This document shows positions 1-14,880 of a stretch of DNA of 64,000 nucleotides, piece by piece. A program made the position numbers and the translations under genes. How positions within the stretch are numbered: position 1 is the stretch's first letter; each line of letters begins with the position of its first letter. This stretch comes from Hypanus sabinus. Taxonomy: Eukaryota. The notes below the pieces were generated by a model. That model saw only the letters and a list, made by a program, of their open reading frames with translations. It did not search any database and was not told where the DNA came from. The DNA lies in the NCBI RefSeq assembly GCF_030144855.1, contig NW_026778990.1, positions 1,302,001 through 1,366,000 on the forward strand, read 5' to 3'.

Positions 1-2399
1 ATCGGTTCAGTTACCAGGGTCCCGATAAACCCTCGGGGCTCCCTTTCTCACAGTTTTCAGTCGGTGGCTCCCTTCAAATGTGTCAGGGCCCCCAAGGGAG
101 CCATATGGCCCCAGGTGCGAATCGCTGATGTACACCATTTATAGCTGCCTTTGAGCTAGATAATCACAATCAGCTGACTGCAGGGAACTCTCACTTGATA
201 ATTCTCAAATTGAATTTTACGCAGAGAGGAGGAATTTCAAACATGGCGGTCCTGGGAATGACCAGGACACACAGTAATGATACCACTGTGGTCAGTGTGA
301 AGGCTCCAGAGGCAGCATTATCATCATGGTCAACGGTGCGCGTGGAATAGTAATGACTTCGGCAGCTTGGCCTGCAGTGATATCATCATCTCAGTTCAGT
401 AAGCTGAGATCCAGAGAAGCAATGACGACATCGGAGTGGTCAGTGCCGTGCTTTGAAAGTACAGACCATTTTGCATATTGAATATAAGAGCCCGTAACCG
501 TTCTGACGTTCCCGCTTCACACTCAATGTGTCTGTTCGTGTCCGCTGTCTTGCAGCTCCAATCCAGGAAGTGGTTCTCCAGGAGGTCAGAGAGAAGAGTC
601 TGAGTTTGACTGGTGGAGATTTTGGGCAGATTCATCAAGTCTGTGTTTCACATCTTTCCCCACCTGCAGAGAAATCTTCGTTGGAATGTTTACGCCTTTC
701 AGAGCAACAAATAAAATTATTACAAAATATTTAATAATAATGTGTCCCATTTTCATTTTATACCAGCATGTGGTGTATCACACACTTCTGCATGCGCTGA
801 ACTACAACGGGTTAACAACATCTATTTCTGACTGTAATTAATCTGATTTGTGATGTGCAATAATTCTCTTTGTTGTGCACAGCCTGTTTGGAACAGCATC
901 AACTCGAACGTTTATTTGCAGCACTATTCAGAATATTGTTGAGTGTTTAACTACGTTATACGTATGTTTACCTCCAGGCGGGATATTTTAACAATTATAT
1001 TTATTTATTCTGTTCTTGGCAGTTTGCGAGATCAGAATAAGAAGCAGCTGTGTAAAGCTGTAAGTGATGGAGACTCGATATTTTATGTTCCCCAGTGTGT
1101 TTCATTATCTGCATCATTGAACACAAGCTGAACCTCTTTTAATATTTTAGGTTCTTTTTCCACTCCTCCACGAACAATGTCCGGAATTATTTCTGTGCAG
1201 GTAGACCTAATATAATAGACGTAAGGCGCTCCCTCCCACCACTGGCCTGCAGGTTACACCTGAGCATGCTGTAGCCCCTGCTTACTGATGTACGCTGGAT
1301 ATGGCGGAAGACCTTGTAGCAGAGTCACAGACTGACTGTGTTGCCTGCCTCTGCCCGGGTTCGAGTCGCATTATCTGCCCTGTAGAGGAACTTGCAGTGG
1401 GAGGTGCATTTGGGCACTGACAACATAGGCAGAACGAGGAAAGAGGATCTTTGCATTACCACCTGAGCGACATGCAAATTGGCACAGGGTCCGGTAGATT
1501 AGAGAGCTAAATACCAGTTCATGTAGGCGATTATATATTACAGGGAGACCCTGATCTTTTGGAGAAAAGGGACACAGAGTGATAAATGGATTACAATACA
1601 GATATGCTGTTTTTGTTGAGCCTGATGAGAGCTGGACTGTGCACATCTCTACTCACATCATTCTACAGGGACACAGTCGGGTACACCAAGCCTCCGTGTG
1701 TCCCTCAGCATGTACTGCCCTGAAATGTGGTAGTAGGAGAGAGGGGGAAAATGTCTGGTTTGATGTTTCACTGGATATTAACACGGAACACTTAAAGGTG
1801 CCTGCTCCACCTTTTCCCTGTCCTTTGCCTTTTTTCCCTCCACCGGACATGACGCTGCTTCACTCAGATGGCTGCTCAGTGACAAACTGACTGCTGCTGT
1901 CTCCTGTTATACCCAGAACCTCGACCTACCCGAGGAAGGTGCGGAGAGACAGGCTTGGGAGGGGGATGAGACAGAGTCAGTGTGACGGTCTGCAGAGAGC
2001 GGCCCCTCCTCTTCCAGATCCACCTGCACTTTAACACATCCGCCAATTTCCAACGGTACATGCAGAACAGAACTGAAAGACAGCGCTCTCGTCAACCTCT
2101 CACACACTCCGGGTCCAAACTGAAGGATTCCCTGGTTTTACTGTTCCCAGCTCTGATCTAGAATTTTAAGGAATAATTTCCCACTCTGCAATGAAATACT
2201 TGAGGGGTCGGTAAAAGTGACGGCAATCCTTCCCCGGGGCCGAGAACAGTGCAGCGCGTCCTCCTCACACACAGCAGCCGGAGGGCGAGGGTACAGCTGG
2301 TCTCAGTGTGAAACCAGATTGCGAGCAGAAAATGAAATATGGTCGCAGGAAGGAGCTGCATCTACAAGCAGATCTGTGATATTGGAGCCTTCTACAGAA

Positions 2400-5300
2400 C
2401 CATTGAAGGGATTCCGGAAGCTAAATCGGACTGGAGCCTCACTGAGTACAAAGAGAGTAGATTGTGCTTAAACAGGTGATTAGAAAAGCCAAAATTGGCC
2501 ATAAACTGTCCTTGGTAAGCAGAATCAAGAATAATCTCAAGGCATTCTAACCTTATTCCTTGGAGCGTATGAGAATGAGGGAAGGTATAACAGCGGTATA
2601 CAAAATTATGAAGGGTGTAGATAGGGTGAATGAATGCGTCGTATTGTGAGAAACGTGTTTGATCTTACAGCTATTGTAGGGAGATGGTTGCAGGCTGACC
2701 GGGAGAGGGACCTCAGTGTTCGAACATATTCAGCGTTCCAGCACTGTCCGAAGCCCGGAAGCAAATGGAGAGAGCAATGGACAGCAATCCAGTCCCACAA
2801 AAAACCCGGAGCCACAGAATCTCCGAAGTCTTCATTTCTGAGAAAGGATGTATCCACCACGAAGACTGGCTGCACCTGGGGACAGCGTGAAAGACTGGCA
2901 CAGCACAGAGAACACGGGTCCGTGGGCATGATGTGTGAAACTGGCCACCGTCTGACTGAGAGACATAAAGCAACAGATTTCTATTTAATCTCTGCCATCT
3001 CAGAATCCGGTGCCCTGTAGTAGCGGATTCCACATCCCTGTTGCTCTATGTAGTGTCTCTATGCATCCACACTATCTGCGAACTTCCTTGTTTCATACAC
3101 CTCTATAATATTGCCCCTTGTTCTCCCACATTCCAAGAAACACAATCCGAAACTGCTCATAACTCAGTCATTTGTGACCCAACAATGACCTTGTAAATTT
3201 CACCTTCCTTATTTCTTGCTTAATGACATCTTTCCTGAGACAGTGTGACGAAAACTAAACACGATATTTCAATGTGAACTCACATCTTATACAACTGCAA
3301 CGTTACACCTTGACCTCTATTCTCTGTGCATTAACTGGTGAAGGCCAGTGTCCAAATGTTTGATCATCAACTTGTCGATCTTTGACCCAATTTGAGACCC
3401 TGCCAGCTCATTGAGTGAAAGGCTACTCATGTTTGATTAACATGAAAAGAGTTTGTCTAGCTGCTAGGAAGGAACCTATAGATGTGGTTAGATTTTCAGA
3501 ATGCATTTAACAAGGTGCCACCTGAAAGGCTGGTGCACAACACCAGAAATCACAAGACGAGTTCACAAGAATAGAAAACTGGGTTTTAAATAGAAGACAG
3601 AAACTCAGTTAACACGTTTGTTTCAGGATTGGAGGATGTAACCACTGGAATATCCACGGATCAAATCCACCCTCAGTTACATACTATCAATATTAAAATT
3701 CTGGTGGAGTAGGGGGAGGTTGGGTTGGTAATGGGTTTTCTAAGGGAGCAGGGGTAGGTTGAGGGCCGTCAATTATTCACAATCGATATTAATCACCCGG
3801 CCGAGGGGGCAGAGTGTGTGTTGTCCAAACCTGTCTGTCACTGACACAGGATGTGGTGGGGTTAATGTTGTGATGGGACATTTTGTCTTGCACAGGATTC
3901 GAGACTCTGGGCAAAAGAGAGAATACTTGGAAAATGGTGTTTAATGTGGTAAACAGCGATGGCGTGTTCAGTGATGGAAAGAATCAAAACGCGGACTATT
4001 ATTTATATGGAGAGAAACAGCACATGATTCAAGTACAGAGGGGTCCATGTGTTCTCTTGTACAAGTTACACACAAACAGCAGACAGGGGGATAGAACGGT
4101 TGATGGACATTTATCTCTGTGTGATCTGTGCAGAGAGACGGAGAAGTATTGTTACAGTGTCAGACAAGTGCACAGCGATGGATTCTGGGAAGGTAAAACA
4201 GACCAGGACATGCACAATGTCATGGGGAGTGTCAGTGAACAGAGAGATATTGGGATACATGTAGATAGTTCCCGAAAGGTCATAGCACAAATTGTCATGG
4301 TTATGAAATAAGTGAGCAGCATGCCTCCCTTTAGCAGCAGAGGAGTTGCATTACAGTTGCACAAAATATTAATTAAATCACAGCTGCAGTAACCTGTGCA
4401 ATTCTGGTCAGTAAAATAACGAAGAATTGATTAAGCTGGAAATGTGAAGAAAAGCTTCACAGAAATGTTGCCTGCACTGGGGTCTTGTGTTACAGGTAAA
4501 GATCAGACACTCTGGGGCTGCTTTCGCTGGAGTGAAGGAAGCTGAGGGGGGACCTGACCGAAGTTTATAAAACTATGCAGTGGCAGATAAGGAAAACAGT
4601 CAGGGTAATTTTCCTAGGGTGGAAATGTCAAATTCAAGAAGGCTGCCTTTACAGTAACAGGGTGATCATTTAAAGATGGTGAACATGGCAAGTGGTAGAT
4701 CAGTTTTATTTACAGAGTGGTTGGGGCTGGCGTGGGCTGAGATGGGGAGTGATGGAAGCAGATATGATAGTGACATTGAAGGGAGAGAAGTGATTCCGTT
4801 TAATGTGGCATTGTGTTCAGCACAGACATGGTGGGAAGAAGGACCTGTTCCTATACCGCACTGTTAAGTGCTCTGAGTGAGCCTCAGTAACAGAAAACTA
4901 TTTAACAGGGGGCACCGACAGGGGTATCTGTGGCAGCTAGTCGGATCATCAAGAGTGTTAGATAGCAGACAGACGAAGGATTACAAGTACAGAGTGCTCT
5001 GGAAGTGTCGATACGGTGGTGAAGAAGGCATTCATCAGTTAGAGTTTGGAGTACAGGAGATGGGACTTCATGTTGTGACAGTACAGGTCATTGGTGTGAC
5101 CACAATGTATTGTGGGCAGTTCTGGTGGCTCATTTGTGCAATGAAAATCACTGAGCTGGGAAAGGGCAGAATGTTTTGAAAGGGAAAGGTCAAAAGGACA
5201 CTCGGGCAACTCCTTCCACACAGAGAGTGGTGGGTGAATGGTACGAGCTGACAGGAGAAGCTGCAGAGGAGACACAATCACAATGTTTAGCAGACATTCG

Positions 5301-7330
5301 GACAGGTGAATGAATCGGAGAGGTTGAGAGGGATGTGGGTCAAACACAGGTTAAATGGAACTCTGCGATACACACTGTGGTCAGTATGGCCGCGCTTTTG
5401 CCCTGTGAATTTCTATAGCTGAGTGCAAGATTCCTCACTCCAGGTGTAGATGGTTCACATGTGACTAGGGGGAATGTAAAATATGGGAAGAGGAATGTGC
5501 AAAAAAGTTTCTCCCTAAATGTCCTTTACATCATTCCCCTCTCACCACAGATAAATTCCATCTAGTTTTAGATGGCCTCTTTTGTGAAAAAGACTGCGGC
5601 CATTCACTTTATCAGCCATGTCCCTCAGAGTTTATACACTTCTATCCGCTCAACACTCAGCTTTCTACATTCCGGGAGCACAGACCGAGGCTTTCCAGTC
5701 TCTCTTTGTAACTCAGTCCTAGTCGCTCCTTGTAAATCTTTACTGCACGCTCTCCAGCTGAATCACATCCTTTCTGTTGCTGAGCAACAACCCAACTACA
5801 GTCTCAATAAAATATTGTATAGTTGTGAGGATACATCCTCACTCTTGTATTCAGTGCCCTGACTGATGAAGGATTCATTTCAGAGGACTTCCTCACCTCC
5901 CTGTTTACACTGTCACCACTTTCAAAGACCCACAGACTCATGGAGCATTTATCCAAATAAGTAAATGAAGAAGTATAATGTTTTGGTGTTATTAATTTAA
6001 TTGGCTACTCTTTATCTAGTGTTAGGACTTAGGTGAACATCTGATCACATGTAGATCATATTCATGCAGAAATAGAGAAGATGCTACAGAATTCACAAAT
6101 TTCTCTCACATCTGTATCTGTGTTGTGAGGCATTTGCCATTCTGGCCCTCTTCCCTAACTGATCAGGATCTCTATGCGAATATTATTCACTATCAACAAC
6201 ATGTCCGAACTTACTGATAAAGTCTTTCGCATTTGCATGCAAATACATTGTTAAAATAATCAGCAACAAGACTCACAGCTCCGTCCTCTGGAGCACAACA
6301 CTAATCCCCAGCCTGCATTCTCAGAAACAGTTTTATTCAGCTCAGTTAATAAGATTTTGTAAATCTACAAAAATCTCTGTAGATCCATCAACCACAACTT
6401 CCTACAAACAAAGCCACGCTGACTCCTACTAATCAGACACTGTCCATCCAAATACAGGTGATTCCTGTCCCCGAGAATCCCCTCCAGTAGCGTCCGAACT
6501 ACTGAAGTCAGGGTGACTGACCTGCAGTTCCCATGCTTGTCCTTGACAGCTCTTTAAACAGTAAAACAACATTAGACACTCTTCAGTCACTGGGGCAACC
6601 TTTAGTGGACCTCAGCAATCTTCTCTGTCCTTCAAAACAGTGGGTCAGGCCTTGATGATTCCCTCAACTGAATGCAGTGTAGGCTGCTCATAACTGCTCA
6701 CTGGTAATATGAATGTCCTCCAAATCAAGTCCACGAGTCTGCATTATCAATTGAGCAACCATGATACTGTACTCAGTAAACACAAATCATTGATTGATTC
6801 ATGACCCCACACATTCCATGTTGCTAAGGACATGGAGACCCTGCTGTTCACTATGGGCCCTCTCTCTCCGAAGCCACACTGTTACTCCTAACATAGCTAC
6901 AGAACCTCTTGGTGTTTTCCTGACCTACCTGATCAATCACATAACATTGGCTTGTCCTCCCGGTTTCTCTCTTAAGGGTATTCTTTATAACTTTTATTCT
7001 CATCAGGTGATTTGCCCGATTCTGACCTCCTACACCCAGTGTATGCTTCATTTATTTCTTAACCAGAACCTTTATATTTCTCATTGGCTAAGGTTCCCTC
7101 CACTTGCCAGGTTATCCTTCACTGTAAAAGGAACATGCTTCTTCAGGACAGCTGCAATCACGCTCATTTATAAAAAAAAACTCCCACTTGCCATCTGTTC
7201 ATTCACTGTCATACAGATTTTCTCACTCCACCTCTGCAAAATCCGGTCAAATCCACTAAAATTCAACTTTTCTCCAGAATAGATCCCTAAACTGAACTTG
7301 ACCACAGATTCCCATCACTATCTTCAAACC
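2400..7330. mobile_element. Patchwork of heavily decayed CR1-type LINE fragments on both strands
   Basis: Remnants of CR1 ORF2 C-terminus and 3' region, e.g. ~4330-4870 (+) resembles the LYKTLVRPHLEYCVQFW segment and 3' UTR of better-preserved copies later in the window; ~6350-7330 is a minus-strand ORF2 remnant. No intact ORF; boundaries approximate. Confidence 0.65.
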
Positions 7331-8309
7331 AATAGAAAGAATGGAAAAGGTATTAACTAATACAAGTGTAAGACGTGGGAACTCGAAACAATCCTCATAG
7401 AGGAATCAGAATAGGAGAGAGTGAGCAGTTTCAAGTTCCTGGGAGTTAGGATCTCTGAGGATCTATTCTTGTCCCAAAATAACAATATAACTGTAAGGAA
7501 GACAAGACAGCAGCTATATTTCATTAGAGTTTGAAAAGATGTGATTTCTCAATGTGCTATGCAAAATGCACACCAGCCGCAGCCCTGAAGACCTTCGCGC
7601 CATGCTGATTTCATCTTATGAAAGACGGAGCACCACACGGTCAAATTTATCTGTGCCTGCAATTGCCTTTTCCATGCCCAATGCGAGAATATGCTCACTG
7701 GATAGAAACTTCCTGCTCTGTGCTATCTGAATTGGGAACAGCCTTCCAGATGCTGTGATTGGAAACATCTCTGACGATGGGGTCCAATCCTTCAAGAGTT
7801 GAGTGCACAAACACCGATCATCTCTGGGAGGGAAGTCACATGCTTCTTCATAAGCTATCATGAATGGGACCAGAATGGCAATGCTTGGTTGCTGGTAGGT
7901 AGGGTTAATACTTGACTTTCAAGAACACTTGTGAGTTATGTTCCGACTGGACTCAGTCCTTAAACTGCTGGAGAACAGTGCTGAAAGAACAGGTGCTGTT
8001 TTCTCCAGGTCGGGATTTGGTTTTCTTTCCAAGTGCTCCTGCCACGTTTTGTCACCCTGCAACCTTATCCTTCAATCTCATGGAATTATTGAGGACAGCA
8101 AGTGTATAAACGTCTCTATCCAGCAGACCTCATCATGATCATCATGACTCCAGTATTTCTACTGTTCGATAATATTTCTTAATCGTGCACATGATTGTTT
8201 TGTATTTTATCACTGAGCAGCATTGGACCATCTGATTGGCCTACCAGAGTTCTCTTTGAGAACTAGTGATGGAAGTCGCTCAATAACCTCTCTCAATGTA
8301 CAGTGAAGG

Positions 8310-9075
8310 ATATTCTAACAGGCTGATTCACCCTTTGGTGGGGATGGGGGCAGTTACTGCGCAGGACCAAAATCAGCTTCCAGAAGTTGTAAAGTTAGTC
8401 AGCTCCATCTTGCGTCCGAGCCTCCGTAGCATCCAAGACATCGTCAGGTAGTGATGCATCAGAAAATCGACGTCAGCAATGCAGGACTTCCATCTCCCAG
8501 AACATGCCCTCTTCTCATTGTTAAAGGCAAGAAAGAAATACAGAAGCCTAAATGCACACACTCAGTGATTCAGGAACAGCTTCTTCCCCTCTGCCATCCG
8601 ATTCCTAAATGGACATTGTATCAATGAACAGCACCACACTTTTATAATATATATTATTTTTGTATTTGCAGCATATTTCATCTTTTAAATATGCGTATAT
8701 GCTTACTGTTATTGTTTTACTTGATTTGTTTTTTCCCCTTTCTATGTTTTCATGTATTGGATGAAACTGCTGCTGGTAAGTTAACAAATCAGAATCAGGT
8801 TTATTACCACTGGCATGTGTCGTGGAATTTGTTAGCTTAGCAGCAGCAGTTCCCTGCTACATAGTATGGAAGGAGAAAACAAAATAAAATAATAATAACA
8901 ATTATAGTGTCCAAGGTTTCAATGCCCATTCAGGAATCTGATTGCAGAGGGTAAGAAGCCGTCCTGAATCGATGAGTGTTTGCCTTCAGGCTTCTGTACC
9001 TCCTACCTGATGGTAACAGTTTCCAAATTTCACAACACATACAGGTGATAAAAAACCCGATTCTGATTCTGATAC
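8310..9075. mobile_element. Rex1/Babar-type LINE 3' fragments
   Basis: The minus-strand ORF 8930..9298 contains LLPSGRRYRSLKANTHRFRTASYP, the typical Rex1/Babar C-terminal motif. The same motif occurs on + at ~8510-8610. (ATCAGA)n-like tails are nearby. Confidence 0.6.
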
Positions 9076-11769
9076 AAGTGATTCTTGAGCAGCTTGTTGA
9101 GTAGGCTGAGGAATGGCAAATGGTGTTCAGTCCAGATGAGTGAGGTGGGGAAATTTGTGAAGTCATGTCAGAGAAGGACTTTGTGATCTCAGCACTGTCT
9201 GTCACAGAAACATTACTCCCCTCCATTGACTCCAGCTGCATATCTAGATACCCCTGGAAAGCAGGTAACATAAACAAAGACCCTTTCCACCCCGTCATTC
9301 TGTCTTCTCACACCTTCCATTGGGCAGCAGACATAAAGGTGTGACAACACACAGCACCAGGATCAAGGACAACATCGGTCCTAATGTTTCTTAATTGTAC
9401 GCAGGATTGTTTTGTATTTTACAGCACTCTAAAAAGTATTCATACCCACTTTGGAAGTTTTCATGTTTTATCGTTTTACAACATTAATCCACAGTGGTTT
9501 AATTTGGCTTTTTGACACTGAATAGCAGACAGCCGATTTCGTGTCAAAATGAAAGTGATGTCTAAAAAGTGATATTCACCCCTTAAATATGGCAAATCAA
9601 ATAGTCACTGGTGCAGTCAATTTGTTTCAGAATTCATATAATTAGTTAAATGGAAATCACGGTGTGCAGTCTGGATGCTTCAATTAACTGTCCTAAAAAT
9701 GCCAATTGCTGTTGCATCTGTGTCTTATGTTCTCTTCCATTTTTATACCCCATGAGCACCTTATTTGTTCCGACCTGCTTATACCTGCAGTGAACCTCCT
9801 TTTATATCTTCACCAGGGCCTCAACATCTATAGATGCCTACATCTTTCAACTTTATCTTTTATTCAGCCAGACATATATAAGAATTTTACTCCCAAAGTT
9901 ACTCTTTTTGAAGCTTCCCACTTCTGAAGTTCACATTTGCCAGGAAACAGCCTGTCCTAATCCACACTTAACAGATTACTTCTGATTCCATTATAATTGA
10001 CCTTTCTCCAAGTTAGAATCTCACCCCACACACCAGACCTAACTTTATACGTATTTACCGTGAAACAAATGACCTTGTGGGCACTAGATGCAAAGTGTTC
10101 TCTGCACAAACTTTTGCCACTGCCCTCTCTCATTCTCTAATCGCCGATCAAGTATCGCACTCTCTCCAGTTGCAGTTATTTCCATTATTGCAGTTATTTC
10201 CAAATGTCAGTCAAAGAACTATTTCGGAATGCCACCGAATAATGGGTCTCTGGCCACAAACCAATCAAATGCGTCATCCATGTCACTGAGAGAGAGGTTA
10301 AAAGGAAATGGTCCCAGCACAGTCACTTCTGGAAAACCACGAGTTACTGGAAGTCAACCAGAAAGGTTTTACTTTGTTCCCAGTCTCTGTGATAGACAGC
10401 AGCTGACAGATATGTGTAAGGGAACATTTTGGGACCTGCACAGAAGGGACGATTTGCACCTGAACTGCAAGGGGACTAATATCCCACTATAACACCGACC
10501 TTATGTTTCTTGCGATCTACAATCTCTCTGCAAATTTGTTCCTCTAAATCCGTCGGGGTGTTGAGTTCTCTGTAATACAGCCCCATGAAAGCGGTCATAG
10601 CTTCTTTTTTTGTTCATCGGTTCCATGCAAAACGCATCATTAGACGATTTTTCCAGTCTGGCCTGACTGCATTGCCATGGACTCCAATCTTGCTAGGAAT
10701 TTCCAAATACAACATATCTACCGCATCTCTTTTGTCTATGAGTTTGTCATTCCCTCGAAAATTGTAGTAGGTCTTTATCAGGCTGGATCTTCGTTTCAGG
10801 ATCCCATGCTACCTTTGGCCTATCTCGTCATGTGCCGAGCGGGACAAGTTGCCGGACATGAGGCTGCTTAACAAACAGGGAAGATTCTAGCACTGTCTGA
10901 CTAGCAGAATGCAAAGTGTCTGAAGTAAGGGAGCCTTTTCTCGTTTGGCTGCCGTGACTGGTGTTGTTTCACAGACGTCTGTGTTGGGACATACATTCTA
11001 TGTCAGTGAATTGGATGATGGCTATGTCGCAGGGTTTGAGCACGATATGAAGGTCGGTGAAGGGGCAGGTAACTTTGTCGCAGGGTTTGCGGAAATATGA
11101 AGGTCGGTGAAGGGGCAGATTTGAGGAAGCAGCTTTGAGGAAGCAGAGAGGCTACAAAGGGACTCAGCCACATGAGGAAAAAGAGGAAAAAAATGGCAGA
11201 TGGAATACTGTGCCACGACGCGTACGGTGATGCACTTTAAAAGATAGCCCAATGATGCAAAAATCTGAAGCTCTCCCGCCTGCACCAGCTCCATCGGCAC
11301 ACGTGAAACTTTATAATCTTCATACTTCTATTTTCATTGGTACCTTGGCATGGGGAGCAATCCTAAGGACACAGCCCTGTAATACCCGCCATTTAACTTT
11401 GCACACATCTCCCTGAACTCACTTTGAATAATATCGTCCCTCTTCCTTCCCATGGCATTGGTACCTATATGGACCACAGCATCTCGCTGTTCAGCCTTCA
11501 CAAGACCGTATGATTCTGGAGCAGAATCGGGAAATTTGACCCATGTAGTCCGCGCTTACATCGTGGCTGTTCCACTTTCCCTTGCCCCCATCTCCTGCCC
11601 TCTCACCGTCGCCCTTCCTGTACGGTCTAAACAAGAATTTATCAACCTCTGCCTTAACTATACCGAATGACGTCTCTGGCAAAGAGTAGCACAGATTGAC
11701 AACCGTGGCTGACAAGAGAAGTTGAAGCCAACATCAGAGAGGGAATAAAATACAACAAAAATAATTCCA

Positions 11770-12830
11770 ACAGCAGCTGACTAGCAGGCGACGAAGAATG
11801 TGAAGAGAGGGGCCTTTTCCGGCTGGCTGCCAGTGAGAAGTGTTGTTCGACAGACGACTGTGTTGTGATAATTCTTTCACGTTATATGTCAATGATTTGG
11901 ATGATCTAATTGATGGCATTCTTACAACGTTTGCAGACATTAAGGAGATGGGTGGAGCGACAGATAGTTTGAAGGACGGAGCGAGGCTGCAGAAAGACTG
12001 ACAGATGAGGAAAATGGACAAAGAAGTGGCAGGTGGAACGCAGTGCCAGGAAGTGTATGGTCATTCACACTTGTAGAGGAAATGAAAGGGTTGAGTACTT
12101 TCTCAGTGGAGAGAAAATGCAAAACACGGACAAGCACAGAGAACTGGGACTCGTTGTGCAGGATTCCCTCAAGGTTATTTCAGAGTTCGAGTGTGTGATG
12201 TGGAAAGAAAAGGCGATATTACCATTTATTTGAAGGTAGCTACAATGCAAGAGCAAGGATGTAATGTAGCGGCTTTATCAAGTGCTGGTGTGGCCTCAAA
12301 CGGAGAATTGTGAACAAGTTTAGGCCGCTTATCTTCAGAAGAATGTGCTGAAACTGGAGAGGAACCAACAAGGTTCACGAACATGATTCCAGGTTCGATG
12401 GCTTTCGGTCTGCATTAACTGGGATTCAGAAGAATGAGGGTGACCCGATTGAAACCTATGGAATGGTGAAAGCATCTGACAGAATCCTTGTGGAGAGGAT
12501 CATACCTCTGGTGGGAGAGTGTTAGAGGAAACAGGCTCAGAATGGAGGGGCATCCATTTAAAATGAGAGCAAGAGGAATGTCCTTAGCTAGAGAATGGCG
12601 AAGCTGTGGAATTCGCTCGTTGTCACAGGCAGCAGTGAGTGCTGTCCTTACGTATATTTAAGGGAGAGGTTGACAGATTCTCGACTGCTCAGGGCATGAA
12701 CAGATATGGAGAGAAGGATTGGAGATGGTGGCCAGTGGTGGACTGAAAATGGATCAGCCATGAGGAAATGGCGGAGCAGACGCGATGGGACAAATGGCCT
12801 AATTGTGCTCCTGTATCTTATAGATTAATG
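11770..12830 (+). mobile_element. 5'-truncated, degenerate CR1 LINE (RT to 3' UTR)
   Basis: Degenerate RT and C-terminal segments (FTLYVNDLDD, FADIKEMGG) followed by a CR1-type 3' UTR ending ...ggcctaattgtgctcctgtatcttatag. Confidence 0.75.
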
Positions 12831-13448
12831 GGTTCAATCAGGGCAGATCAATTTCCAATTAGTGACAAGACATCGCATCGACCCTTCTGGAAGTCGAGTA
12901 CGGAAACTGCAGGGGCCGCAGCCTGTCTCCAGGAGGATGTAAAATGTCTTTCGACACCTGTGAGGTGCTGTAGATTAGCTTCCATTGTTCCAGAAAGGCT
13001 CTGACAATGAGCCGGGAAAGTACAGGCGGATGAGCCAGACACCAACGGTTAACTTATTGTCAGACACGCTAAGGAACAGGATATATAAATATTCCAAAGG
13101 TATCAATTGTTTCAAATGTGTAGCTAATGTAAGAGAAATGTATGCTATATTCATCCTGAAATTCTACTCTTTGAAACCATCCACGAAAACAGAGGAGTTC
13201 CAAAGAATGAATGACAGTTAAATGCTAGCTCCCCAAATTCCCGCTAGTTCACCCCACACACGCATAAGCGTAACAAAGCAAACATCTTCCCTCCCCGACC
13301 CACCCACCAGTTAAAGAAAGCATCGGCGCCCTCCACCGAGCTCTGAAACGTGCAGCAAAGCGTCAACAGAGACACAGACTTTCAGAACCGCAAAGACTAC
13401 ACGTTCACCCCGGAATTCAACACACCACAGCCTCTCCCCCCATCTCTC

Positions 13449-13451
<3 letters not shown>

Positions 13452-13517
<66 letters not shown>
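13452..13517. repeat. (CT)n microsatellite
   Basis: Pure CT dinucleotide run seen directly. Confidence 0.97.
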
Positions 13518-13518
<1 letters not shown>

Positions 13519-14009
13519 ATGTGAAAAACCGGTCTCTCCGATTCACAGCGGTGGGGGGGGGGGGGCATAACAAACAGTTCACTGATTTAAGAAGTTAAAT
13601 GACTGTGTTGCTTGTTCCGAGCTCTGTGCCCGAGGAACCCAGGTCTCCGGGAACACGGCCAGCAGCAAGCTCGCTGCTTTCGATCTTCCGTCTCCCACGA
13701 CGCACCGATTTCCTGCAACGCCACCGACCTCGACTCCATCCGCCTCCAGAGCTACGTAATCCCAGAATACTGAAGGCGAGCTGGTGTTTTAGCCCTCGTC
13801 CTTGGTATATCGAATAACGGCCAGTCATCAGACTCCGAGAACGTGTCCATTCCCGCAAAGAACCAAAGTCAATTTGTAATTCCAGGTCGGGGTCTTCAAA
13901 AGCAACATGAGAGGGAAAAATAGAGATATTAAAATAGAACTAGAACTCTTTCCGAAGCTGCAAAGAAGGAGTCGCCGTCAGGCGCCATCGTCCTCCTCAG
14001 CTGCACGTA

Positions 14010-14880
14010 ACCGTGGATTTCAATGGGAATATGGTAAACTGGATTTGCAGCTGACACCTGGATACAGAGCAGGAGTGGCAGTGAGGCAGATTATCGAAAC
14101 TTGGAGATGGGTTTTGCAGCTGGATAAATGGGCTGACGGTTTTGCAGCTGGAATGTAATGAGGACCGATGTGAGGTGTTGCGCTTTGCCGGGAACAACAG
14201 GGTCGGACTCAGGCAGTGACTGGTCGGGGATTGTGGTCTGCGGGGAGCAGAGGGATCCGGGAATACAGTTCCATAGTTTAGGGCAGGGTCATGAAGAGAG
14301 CCTTTGGCACATTGGCCGTCATGAATCAATGTACTGAGTACACGAACTGCAATGTTATGTTGAAGTTGAAAAGGACGTTACTGAGGACAATCCTGGAGTA
14401 TTGTGTACAGATTGGATCATAGAAAACCTGCAGTAGAATACAGGTCTTTCAGTCCACATAGCCGTGCTGAACTTGTCCTTACAATGGAACTACCCACGCT
14501 TACCCATAGCCCTCTAGTTTTCTAAGCTCCGTGTATAAATCCAGGGTCTCCAATCTACACCTTGAACAATTAGAGCGAACATTTATAATGATGTTTCCAG
14601 GAGGTGAGGACTTGAGTTGCAGAGAAAAATTCAAAGGAATTTGTCGCTCCGCAGATGAGGCTTTTCCCCCTCAGTTTGGGTGAGGCCTGAATAAGACGTC
14701 ACAAGTTCGGGGTAAAAGGAGAAGTGTTTAAGTGTAAAATGTGAAGGAACTTCTTTACTGAGAGGACAGTGTGAGTGTGGAATGAGACGCCAGTGGAAGT
14801 GGTGAAATGAGGTTCCATTGAGACACTTGGACAGGTACATGGACGGGAGGGATGGTCCTGGTGCCGGCCGAAAGGGCCGT
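14010..14880 (+). mobile_element. Degenerate CR1 LINE ORF2 and 3' fragments
   Basis: LQLDKWA-like RT segment, a ...ctggagtattgtgtacag... (LEYCVQ) segment and a 3' segment; interrupted by a short minus-strand CR1 tail near 14420-14545. Confidence 0.65.

Noticed and set aside
396-3033. Short ORFs and possible splice acceptors in the first 3 kb (e.g. 396..638, 2634..3020)
   Set aside because: No recognisable domain or consistent exon chain; cannot be supported without transcript data.
11024-11119. Small local duplications (~51 bp here, ~97 bp at 23245-23440, GTAGAC runs at ~45760)
   Set aside because: Ordinary slippage or duplication inside dead LINE sequence, with no sign of function.
13311-13598. 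ORFs with (RE)n, (SL)n, (HT)n or (CV)n runs here and near 17.8, 43.2 and 62.3 kb
   Set aside because: They are translations of dinucleotide microsatellites.
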